Below, in pieces: positions 36,860 through 46,699 of a DNA stretch of 64,000 nucleotides. Position numbers and translations under genes: made by a program. The DNA is from Lytechinus pictus (taxonomy: Eukaryota), in assembly GCF_037042905.1 (NCBI RefSeq), contig NC_087247.1, positions 11,354,148 to 11,418,147 on the forward strand, written 5' to 3'. The stretch's first letter is position 1. The number at the start of each line of letters is the position of its first letter. Under the pieces are notes generated by a model. It did not search any database and had not been told where the DNA came from. It saw only the letters and a program-made list of their open reading frames with translations.

Positions 36860-37056
36860 TGTTGCGTGACGTCAGACCTCGATATATTTTTTGCTATACC
36901 AATATTCTGACGTCACTATTTCAGAAAACTGGATATTAAGCTAAACTCTCGGGCGCACCGGCCAGCAAGCTCTCTCTCCCGGGCAAGTCCCGTGATGCGT
37001 TGGCGCAGGCACTCATCTGCGTTCCGCTGAGCACGGTGGCTCGGAGAAAAGTACGT
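36860..37056 (+). promoter_or_regulatory. CpG-rich promoter-like segment with two perfect CRE palindromes (TGACGTCA at 36867-36874 and 36908-36915). It ends in a strong splice donor AAAAG|GTACGT at about 37051. Possibly an unannotated TSS or non-coding first exon.
   Basis: Local CpG density (..ctcgggcgcaccggccagcaag..cccgtgatgcgttggcgcaggc..gcgttccgctgagcacggtggctcgg) contrasts sharply with the AT-rich surroundings. The CRE octamers are exact. Confidence 0.3.
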
Positions 37057-37127
37057 AATTCAAGGCAAGTAACCGGACTTTGCAAGCTCAGCGCATAGAT
37101 TTTGGTTATAAATTATTAAATGTAGGA

Positions 37128-37310
37128 TATAAAACAAATATATCAGGCGTTTCATTCGAAAGCATAGTGGGAATTATTAATACTCGGTTGGACTGGCAAA
37201 ACTACTTTATTTCCCTCGGGGCTTCGCCCCTCGGGAAAAATAGTAATTGCCAGACCAACCTCGGATAAATAATTCCACTATACTTTCTCAAAGCCTGATA
37301 TATTTGTTTA
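37128..37310. repeat. Imperfect ~180-bp fold-back, MITE-like hairpin, immediately downstream of the CRE/CpG segment.
   Basis: gatatatcaggcgtttcattcgaaagcatagtgggaattatt...ggttggactggcaa..ccctcggggcttcgcccctcggg..ttgccagaccaacc...aataattccactatactttctcaaagcctgatatat. The outer and inner arms are reverse-complementary. Confidence 0.6.
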
Positions 37311-37536
37311 CTGTACTTAATGGACAGGGTTACATTTGTGGCCAAATTACAACTTTTGATAATTCAAATCTTTAATCAACATAAATATTATATTCCAACC
37401 ATAGCAAACAATTATGACAAGAGCACGTTCGTTACTGGACCTTTTCATTATTAATTTATTACACAAAAGCTTCATAGACCATCATATATGGTTCAAACCA
37501 GATTCAAGATCAACTTTGTGAATTCCTTCTTGCTGA

Positions 37537-37612
37537 AGGAAAACACGCCATGGCTACAATTCGAACCCACAACGCTCAAAGGTGTGAGTCAGAACCACTA
37601 GACCACGACGCA
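37537..37612 (-). pseudogene. tRNA-like sequence, tRNA-Glu-like by its D-arm, probably a pseudogene or SINE head.
   Basis: Minus strand reads ..GGGTGCGTCGTGGTCTAGTGGTTCTGACTCACACCTTTGAGCGTTGTGGGTTCGAATTGTAGCC. The D-loop TGGTCTAGTGGTT and T-loop GGGTTCGAAT are present. The anticodon arm is degenerate, with a 4-bp stem and a 6-nt loop. Confidence 0.35.
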
Positions 37613-38039
37613 CCCACAGGGAACACAGAAGATAAAACAGCAATTTTCTTGTCCCCAAAATCGGAATATTCCCATTTCATGATAGTACTTGACAGGTAGG
37701 TAAATGGTAGCTAGACCAAATGGTTGGTAGATGAAGTGGTTGAAGACCAAACAGGATTATACCATGCGGGATTAGACCATACAGGAAGTAGGCAAAGCGG
37801 GTGTAGACCAATCGGCAATTCACCCCTGGATATCCAAATCCTACAAGGGTGCCTTTGCAGTTTGCACAAGGTCAGGCCTTTGACCACTAACACACACGGT
37901 ACAGGTGTCCGTCTATCACACATGAAGGATATGTGGAACACCAATGCTTTGCCAACAGTTTCTTATCTTGATGAAGTGTGCAGACACACGTGCCCCTATA
38001 CACCTGTTCATTTATTGACTGGCAAAGCATACTGCCTCA

Positions 38040-39890
38040 AACTAGTGCTGTAGCCGAACCGCCGAACCGAACGGTAGTTCGCCGAACATGGCACTTCCGA
38101 ACCGAACAGAACCGAACCGAACACTAAGACTTGGTTCGGAAGTTCGGCAAAAAAAAAAAAAAAACGGCTTTCAGCTAACAAATTTATAAGTTTACACCCT
38201 TTCTAATCATTATATTTGCGCATTCTCTATTTAATCTTCTTTGCAATTGTATGTTGGAAGTATGCGCTTATTTTGCGGTTACTAGATTTTGTTTTCATTT
38301 TCATGTTGACATTGTGGTTTTTACGGCCCTGATTAAGAAAGGAGATCAGATGAATGATGTTGCGCGAGCTTGCGCTATAATCATTTTACTGGCTTTCATC
38401 ATCTCTCGCTCTGTGGCCGAATCGCCGAAGCATGGTAAAGAAAACCAAAACTGTATGAGTGTTCATTGGTTAAATCTAATTATCTAAAATATTGTTGTTT
38501 TTAGGTGGCGAACAAGATTCTTGTTTGAAAATCTTCAAAGTATTTTGAATGAACGAGCTCAATAAACCGAAAGTGAAAGATGAAGTACCATTAATATTAC
38601 GAATTACGATACGATGTGATTAAGATCGTAACTCGTGTATTGTTGCGGCGGAGAATAAAGATCTGATTGAGATGATTGACATTATTATTGAGGTGTCGGC
38701 TCGCTACAGTACTGTCTAGTTTTCATGATTTTAGAGAGAAGTAAAGAGTTTTGAAAACGAGAGATCCAGTGAAAGTGGGAAATAAAGTGAGTGACTGTTA
38801 GAGATGAAAAGGAGAGACGCAAAACAAATAATATAGAAATGAGATGAGGTGAAGTTATCTTTTTTATTATTAACAATCAGATGAAAATAAAAATCAAACA
38901 CTCATGAATGATTACGGTATAGCATATAGCAAGATCCACTTCCCCTAGTTGACAAGTTGAATGAAGATAAAGCCATGCGGAAACATTCATCTCTTGGGGG
39001 AAAATGACCCCCAATCTTTACTTTTTTCCCCTTTCTTATCAACTTCTCAAATTAACCATAAACAATTCGATGATCACTCTACTCCCCCTGTCCCATTACA
39101 GTCGTAAAACTTTGCATCCCACTTGGTCTGTATGTTCATGGTCGAATGAAATCTGACCAATGAAATCATAGAAATCTCGGGAATTGCTCTTCAATCAAGT
39201 GAGCTGAGTTTCGCGAGCAGACAAAGCACGTGGCTGTATGTACCGATGCGACAAGCGATTGGTGGTTTAGTTCACCCATCGAGCCAATTAGCGAAAGGCG
39301 CATTACATAAGCACGCTTTCTTCGACACGCCCCTGGCCCTACTATGCCTAGTTCAGTGCACTGCACTGGCGCTGGCCGCCTCGTATGTGATGCAATTGCC
39401 AATCACGTTTGGCCGGACTGTATATATAAATATTCATGAGCTCAGAGTCCCGCTACAAGGGGACTGCATGCGCTGGCCTAGCTGGTACGGGTACGAGTCG
39501 AGTGCGATCGCGAGCGTAGTTAATTTGGCAAGTATCCAAAGTGTGGTCCAGGTATGGACGACTAGGAAGAGTCGCCATTTTAGAACTGTGAGTTACCCAA
39601 TAAATCTGTCATCAGATAATCAAATTCGAGATAACAGTTGGTTCGTTGAGCGCTATAACTTTCATAGTTTCATGTCAACAAGATAGAGATAAAATGGTTT
39701 GATGTGACAGAGGTACGCGCGAGCACATGCAGTCAATCAAGTACAAATTGTCTACCGGTACGCGCTACGTATACCTGAATGAACTATAGCTTTATCAGTC
39801 TATCATTACCGAACCCCGAACCGAACCAATGTTCGGCAAATTTCTGCCGAACCTTGCCGAACCGAACCGAACCCGAACATGGCGCCTGAC
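38040..39890. mobile_element. ~1.85 kb TIR element. Its termini are rich in CCGAAC/GTTCGG subterminal repeats, with a possible AACTAGT target duplication. The interior contains CCAAT and TATATATAAAT motifs and ORF 39246..39686 with no recognisable domain.
   Basis: Left end ..caaactagtGCTGTAGCCGAACCGCCGAACCGAACGGTAGTTCGCCGAACATGGCAC... Right end ..GTTCGGCAAATTTCTGCCGAACCTTGCCGAACCGAACCGAACCCGAACATGGCGCCTGACTTGCAGCaactagtatg. Reiterated hexamers are typical of hAT/CACTA-type subterminal regions. Confidence 0.55.
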
Positions 39891-42231
39891 TTGCAGCAAC
39901 TAGTATGATGAACTAAGTGACTTGATAATGACCTCATTTAATATGTTAAGAGCATGGTGCATATGCTCCTCACCAGAAAATTACACGAAAACATGCAAGT
40001 CAGGTACAAGTGTACGGAAAATTCAAATTTGGCAATGAGCTGCAAATTTGGCAATTGGAAGCATTTTTTTTTTCAATTTCACAAAATAACAGGAAAGCAG
40101 TTTAACCTGTGCCAAACTACAGAAATGAGATAAAATGAGGTGGTGTAATATCCAATTTCGCAGCTCTTAACAGTAAACATGATAATTTGCACTCATGCAA
40201 ACATTCTGGAAAGTAGGAGCAATGCGAACAAACCCATAAATCTCGGGAGAACAAACATGACACATTAGAAACCATGGCAAAGACATGAAGCGACACAACT
40301 GTTTCAAAGCTCTGTTAACCTTCCTGCTATTTCCCCCTCCCGGGTTGTATTGACTGTAACAAGCAAGGACACATCCTGTGGTTTGATGGAGAAGGGATGG
40401 GAGGGGGGGGGGTAGTGGTATGGAGAAGGGCAATAACATGTGATAAACACTTGTGTCATGTGACCTATGAATGAACTTCTAATGCAAGAGCCAATGTGCT
40501 CTTCCTGTGCGTGACCGAGTTTTGTTTGCAATGTGGTACACACATACATGAATCAGGGAGCTGTTTACTCACAGCATGTTATTAGTTCAGGCTAGGTCAA
40601 AGCACCTCTATCATCCCCCCCCCCCCCATTCTCCGAGGTCTTGAACTTTTAACATAAGCTACTGGACTACTCCCCTGCCCCCAGTACGGGTACTCCCACA
40701 CAACATCAAAAGTACATAGCGCTTGTAAGAAGATGATAGCTTGCCAAAAGCATAATAGGTAGACTTGGATTTGAAATAATTTAATTTCCTGTTGCTTTCA
40801 TTGGGTGGTATGTTGTTTTGTAGCAGTGACCCAGAGGAGAGTATAATGCTTAAAGAAGGTTGTTTTTGCAAAGAGAATGACAATGTTTCAGTGAGGTGGG
40901 GGGGGGGGAGTTTTCAAAAAAAAAAATCTATATCCGACTTTAAAGATAAATGCCAGTTCGTACAGAGTCCAATAAAATGACCACCTAAGCGTCCGAAAGC
41001 GCCCAAAGGATTCTGCAAGATATTGTGTAATTGCAGAGAAATAAGTGAGAAAAATAAAGCACAATATTCCAGCCATCTGGCGGGTATTTTCCCCAAGCAT
41101 TATCAATACACTGTCCCACATGTGCTTATCTTTGCTGGCAATCTACAGCATGATCATTTTTCAGCTTAGATTTCAGCATTTTACAAAATTCAGTCAATGT
41201 AAATGTAACAGACCTAGATCCACGATGACAAAGTGACAATTAATCTTGGTCTCACTGAATATCTTGTGAAATCGGTGTTTACTGCAACAACTTTCAATAA
41301 TCCTTAACTACATGTAGTCCTACTGTATATACAAATTGACACATGCACAGAACTGAACTTAATGCAATCAGGTATAGCCTACCAAGCCTAGCACCTGAGA
41401 AAGAATGAATAATTACTAGATAGGCCCTCAAAACAATTTTTTCCCTTAAAAAATAATATTCCCAAACTCTCCTGTGATTCACTCTCCCTGATGATGATCA
41501 TCTGTCAGATCAACAAGATTTTATGACAAGAAAGTTGACCTTCTAAAAAGGAGAAACTCCCTCACGTGTCTGGGGCAGGCATGACACATTGGACATCACA
41601 TGACTCAAGAAGAAGACGTATCACGTGAGATCTGAAGCATGTGACCTCGCCAAGGAAATAAGCCCTTCTTCATTGGGAATGTGTATTTCAACCATTGGAT
41701 TTGAGTTGTGCCTTGATCTAAGTATATATCCTAATTATATTATGGCTTCCCTCCTTTCTAAATCATGCCCAAAAAAGAAATTTTGAAACTGGATAAACAA
41801 AAGGTTGAAGTAGGGAAAGTGTGGGGGATGCAAAACTGGCAATCAATCCATAGTCTTTTTTCTTGCAACAGAAAGTACGTTTCTATAATTCAAAGAATTA
41901 TCAATTGCAAATTTGCAATTGATATTTGCAACTGACTGGGAACTTATTGCCAACAAAACCCATGAATATACTGCTTAAAGTTTGCTTTATAGAGTTGGAT
42001 CATGGCCTTAGTTAAAACAGAATACTGGCCACAGACGTAATTGTTCTATTATACACAAGTTGACAAGAATGTCATGCTTTTCTGGGAGAGTTTTATAATG
42101 ACAACTGTTACAAGCTACTGAAATTCTATCTTATCTGACTGGACGAGAATAAATATTTAGTCAATGAAAGTCACTGAATATTTTCTTTAAATATCATTTC
42201 CCTGGTACTCATTTTGGTTTTCGCCCTTCAA

Positions 42232-42915
42232 CCTACATTTGGTCCTGTGGTCAGCGGATCTTCAATCAATTTTAGTCTTTGTTCCACCCCCTCCCCGATA
42301 CCTCCCAAATCCTCATTACAATTGATCTTACCCTTGTTTCTACATCCGTCCATTCACCGCTGTACTGCTCAGGGGGGCGTTTCATGAAAGGACTTGTCGG
42401 ACGTTTTATCTGACAAGTCCCATTTTATCCAACAGTTACCATAGGAACAGTGCCTCTCAGCCAATCAAAATCATGGAAAGATGTCAGATCTGACAACTTG
42501 TCGGATGAAAATATTGATGAAACGCTCCCCTGGGTCATCTTCAACCCTCCGTTTGGTCCTCATGATGGCTGTGGTCAGTGGATCTTCGGTTAATCATGGC
42601 CCTTGTGCCACCCCCTCCCAAACCCATCCCCAATCCCCATTACAATTTATTTTACCCTTGTTTCTACATCCGTCCATTCACCGCTGTACTGCTCAGGGTC
42701 GTCTTCAACCCTAAGTTTGGTCCTCATGGCGGATGTGGTCAGCGGATCTTCAATCAATCTTGCTCTTTGTGCCACCCCCTCCCCGATACCTCCCCAATCC
42801 ACATTACAATTTATCTTACCCTTGTTTCTACATCCGTCCATTCACCGCTGTACTGCTCGGGGTCGTCTTCAACCCTCCGTTTGGTCCTCGTGGTCGTCAG
42901 TGGATCTTCGGACTT
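42232..42915 (-). repeat. Tandem array of about four ~161-bp units. Each unit is a copy of the 3' ~100 bp of the KIF23 terminal coding exon, including the TAA stop, plus ~60 bp of 3' flank. One unit is interrupted by a MITE.
   Basis: Direct repeats of ..tctacatccgtccattcaccgctgtactgctc(a/g)ggg tcgtcttcaaccct..ggtcctc(a/g)tgg..gtcag(c/t)ggatcttc.. at about 42232-42357, 42536-42697, 42698-42858 and 42859-42915. Minus-strand ORF 42647..42841 repeats ..RVEDDPEQYSGEWTDVETRVK*. Confidence 0.85.
42358..42535. mobile_element. MITE inserted inside one unit of the KIF23 3' tandem array. TIR GGGG(G)CGTTTCATGAAAG ... CATCAATGAAACGCTCCCC.
   Basis: Terminal inverted repeats are visible. The insertion interrupts the otherwise collinear repeat unit between ..gctcaggg and gggtcatcttcaaccc... 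It is related to the copy at about 13600-13700. Confidence 0.7.
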
Positions 42916-42978
42916 CAACTTCTCAACATCAGTGAACTGCACTGCCCGTCCACCGCCTCTGGTTGGTATCACTTCAGC
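42811..42978 (-). CDS. KIF23: KIF23 terminal coding exon: AEVIPTRGGGRAVQFTDVEKLKSEDPLTTTRTKRRVEDDPEQYSGEWTDVETR(VR*). TAA stop at 42811-42813 if unspliced. A GTAAGA donor sits immediately after ..ETR, so a further short 3' coding exon cannot be excluded.
   Basis: Acceptor catcctcag|GCTGAAG. Matches human [22 protein letters not shown]...SEWTDVETR. The in-frame stop lies 2 codons after ETR. Confidence 0.7.
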   Translation of the reverse strand, partial: AEVIPTRGGGRAVQFTDVEKLKSEDPLTTTRTKRRVEDDPEQYSGEWTDVETRVR

Positions 42979-43710
42979 CTGAGGATGTGAACATAAGATG
43001 CAACACATAAAAACACCCAAAACTATGACTGTTTCCTTCTCATTTACAATATCTGAGAATGAAACGTAGGAAAACATAAATTACGAACAGTAATTAATAA
43101 GGTTTTCATGTTGAATATAAATTGCTGAAATACTTTGGTAGACTTATAAAGAAAAAAAAATTCCCTAATTTTCTTTTCATGGTTTGTGTTTCAAGCTCCA
43201 GAAACGTTTACAAATTAAATGGGAGATTTGAGTACTGGAAAAAGTCAAGTCTAGACCAGTAATAATAACAATAATACTAGCATGCTTATATAGCGAATAT
43301 CGGCGCTGCCAAATGCATCGCAATATGGATAGACTACATGGATTTAACTAATTAGATTTAACCCATATGGAATGAGACTTTCTGAAATGTAGTGCAACTG
43401 TTTGTAAATCAAGTGAATTTCAATCCTTTGAAACTTGTAATAAAACCATTTGTTTTCCCATTCAGGGTTGTGAGTGATCACAAATAAAAATAAAAAATTT
43501 AAAAAAAGAGCTGAAAAAAAGCTGCAGAGTGTTGAATAAAGATGAAATTGTTGAAGAGAGCTCCCAAGGCTTTTGTATAAAGGAAAGCTAGATCAAATCA
43601 ACAGCAAAAAAAACAAACTGAAAGTGAAACCAGCTATAAAGAAGCTGAAGACCTCATAGGATAAATAAATCATCCTTTGAACCTGTGTAAGTATTTCGCT
43701 GCTTCCTTAC

Positions 43711-43853
43711 CTTATAGATCTTGGTCTCCAGTTCTCCAGCGGAGTCTTCCTCTTGGTGGGTCAGCATGTAGTTATCTGTCTTCCTGATATCCTTCAGGGA
43801 TGGGTTGGATACACGCTTGGCATTCTTGGATTTGTTGGGCTGCAGGACCGTTT
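43711..43853 (-). CDS. KIF23: KIF23 exon: (E)TVLQPNKSKNAKRVSNPSLKDIRKTDNYMLTHQEEDSAGELETKIYK.
   Basis: Acceptor attgaacag|AAACGG; donor CTATAAG|gtaaggaag. Matches human ETVMQP...[21 protein letters not shown]. Confidence 0.8.
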
Positions 43854-44240
43854 CTGTTCAATCAAAACAAGAAATGCATGCAATGTTATATCACCAAGCA
43901 CAGAAAACAGCAACTGGAGCTAAAGCTGCAACAATACTAATGACGCTACAAAGGGAAAACTTGGACAGTTAATAGATCGTGGAGTGATATGTTTGGGTAG
44001 GGTACCCACAAAGCGCTGGGTAGCTACAAGTATATACACATACTGTCATTCGAGCTATCCACATTCAAATTTTTCATGTAAAATAATGTTTTTTCTTTTT
44101 CATCGTGACATGCTTCTTGAGGCACTACTGAAGAATTCTGAACTATACGTGACTGGATTTATGGAAAGTACTTGCACCCGTTTACAATTGACTTTCTTGA
44201 ATTTTCATTTTGAGATATTCGAAATTACTTCTCCACCTAC

Positions 44241-44520
44241 CTGTGTCCAGGGTCTCAATGGGTTGGTGATCGATCCAGATGCTGTTGGAGGCTGACCGCG
44301 ATCGACGATGTCGCAGCCTGACCGGTGGTGGGTTGGTCTTCCTCTGCGGAGGCGGTGACTTGGATCGATTGAAGCTCTCGGCCAGCACCTCCTTGGCTGC
44401 TTTCTTGGCGCTCTCCTCCTCCTCGTGGCCCTGGACGATCTCCTTCAGCTGGCGAAGCTTCTCCTCCCGGACCCACATCTCCGTCTGCATCTTCATCTCC
44501 GTCTGGCGGACCCTCTTCGC
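44241..44520 (-). CDS. KIF23: KIF23 exon: [93 protein letters not shown](+1 nt).
   Basis: Acceptor catgattgtag|GCGAAG; donor GACACAG|gtaggtgg. Matches human [22 protein letters not shown], the basic RRSRS motif region of MKLP1. Confidence 0.85.
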
Positions 44521-44794
44521 CTACAATCATGTGTAGATGAAGGAAAGTGGTTTAAGAGCCTCTATAAAACTTTGGTAAAAGTTCAATAATGTGAGATATA
44601 TTCCAGTATCATCTTACGTATAGTGTTGTGGCTGAGTGGATGAGTCTCTGGACTTAGAACCACATGGTCCGGGGTCGATTCTGAGTGGATAAGTCTCTGG
44701 ACTTAGAACCATATGGTCCAGGGTCGATTCTGAGTGGATAAGTCTCTGGTCCACCAAGGCACTAACATACTTAATCTGCATTTGCCACAATCCA

Positions 44795-44950
44795 TCCAGG
44801 GGTCCGTTGCAGAAAGAGTTGCGTTTAAACGCAAGTCAAAAAATCAATCGCAAGTCAAAAATGCGCGCTATTGATTGGTTGAAAATCAAGTTGCGCATGA
44901 TTTTTAGAGTTGCGTTTGATTGCAACTCTTTCTGCAACGGACCCCCAGGT
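44795..44950. mobile_element. Intronic MITE GGGGTCCGTTGCAGAAAGAGTTGCG...CGCAACTCTTTCTGCAACGGACCCCC. Related GGGG..GTTTCA(C/T)AAAGAG elements lie at 45895-46050, 46068-46310, 52575-52765 and 53885-54110.
   Basis: Perfect ~27-bp TIRs. The other intronic copies share the ttgcaat.gatcgcaa / ttgcgat.aattgcaa internal cores. Confidence 0.7.
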
Positions 44951-46546
44951 GTAGTAAATTGCAGTTAAATCGCAAAATACATCCACTTGTATACATTCTA
45001 CATTTACTTTTAGGATAGACACTTTCATGTAATGTAATAATAAACTGGTAGATTGCTCAACACCTTTTTGAGAATTACCTAATCTCAAGAGAGGCTTTTA
45101 AGCTAAACTCAAGTATCTGTAGTGTGCAGTGAAGTCTTTAAAATCAAGGTTAAGTTTTATCACGATATCATCATGGCTCTAGATCAAGTAAGTTCCCATC
45201 TAGTTTGCACATGAAATATTGAAATGAATATCGAAATCTAGGCAGGAAATGAAGTATGCTGAAAATTGCCATCAGATGTAAGCTCACAGGGGGTCTGTAG
45301 TACTTTCTCAAAGAAAAACAAAGCATAACATGTGTATTCCAGTAAAATTTCATGCTTATCTTAGGAATTATGGAGCACTCAATTACCCCTATTCTATCAA
45401 AGTTATTTAGCACATAATTGAATTGAATTTATTGAATTTCCACAATCGAAATAAAAGTGTACAAAGTAAGCATTTTATAATGCAGTGGAGGAGATAACAA
45501 AAGTAAAATTACTTATCTAGGTTATCCCCTTACAAAACAACAAGTACACATAAAACATATAAAATTATACATTTCAATGTAATACAGCAAAAAAATCACT
45601 AAGTAAATAATTTACAATTAAACATAATCATGTATATACTCACACAAACACACACACACACCCACGCACACACTTACACTTTATACACATGCAGGAAAAT
45701 CCTATCTCTTATCGCGCTGTAACAAAAAGTGCCTATATCTCCTTTTGAATGAGTTCAATGTTGGTTTTTCTCTTATAATTACTTCAATATTGTTCCAAAT
45801 TTCTGGACCTTTAAAGAAAATAGAAAATTTTGAGCTGTTTGTTCTTGTTTGGGGAAAATGATAATTTTTTTAATTATACAAAGCACTCTGGTAAAGGACC
45901 TGGGCCCCGTTCATAAAAAGATGCTATGATAGTAACTCTTGCTGGAATGTCAAATTTCGTTGGAAGAGCCAATCAGGAAACAGAATTTTCACTGTTGTCA
46001 TGGGAGTTGACATTCTAGCTATCATAGCAACTCTTCATGAAATAGGGCCCTAGAGGGGTGTTTCACAAAGAGTTAAATATGACTTAGAGGGTGTTGCATG
46101 AAAATATTTGCAATCGATTGCAAATATTCTGCTGCAATTTTACAATTGATAGATCAAGTTTTAGCAAATCAGATTGCTCTGCTCGTTTCAAGGAGCTGAT
46201 TAGATATCAATTGCAAATTTGCAATTAATCGCAAGACATTATGATTGATTTAGGGACCAAAAATAGACTTGTATTTGATCGCAAGTTTCTTGCAACGCCC
46301 CATTGAACTCATGGTTAAATGCTGACACACATTCTGTGTACCAATCTTAATGATTGGTACGAAGTAGCGCACATCCTAACTACGAATGTAAGTTTGACTT
46401 TTAATCACATTTAAAATCTTTGTGAAACATTCCCCTTGGTAAACTGTACATTTTCTTTTTCATTGCAAAATAGAGATGTCTTACAGATATATCAGTACAT
46501 TTACTCTCATATCCTCCATTGAAAATTGATGACCAGCTAATACTCA

Positions 46547-46658
46547 CACACTCCTTTTCCCATTTATCTCTCTGGTTACTGACGGCTCCCTTGAGGGCTT
46601 GCTTCAGACGAGCTCTTTCCTGCGTTTCCATCTGGATCATTTTTTGCTTCTCAGAAAG
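46547..46658 (-). CDS. KIF23: KIF23 exon: LSEKQKMIQMETQERARLKQALKGAVSNQRDKWEKEC. Coordinates are +/-1; my hand count and the ORF track disagree by 1 nt here.
   Basis: Acceptor atatttcag|CTTTCT; donor GAGTGT|gtgagtat. Matches human ..TETTMKWEKEC. Confidence 0.75.
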
Positions 46659-46699
46659 CTGAAATATGACAATTAAAAAGAAATTATATATATATATAT

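Noticed and set aside
42481-42990. Plus-strand proline-rich ORFs (e.g. 134 aa, PPPPKPIPNPHYNLFYP...)
   Set aside because: They are the antisense of the tandemly repeated KIF23 terminal-exon units. The periodic peptide merely reflects the 161-bp DNA repeat.
44255-44536. Gly/Glu/Pro-rich ORFs on both strands overlapping the 44.2-44.5 kb region
   Set aside because: They are alternative frames or the antisense of the GC-rich KIF23 exon 44241-44520. Only the frame giving ..[12 protein letters not shown].. is collinear with MKLP1.
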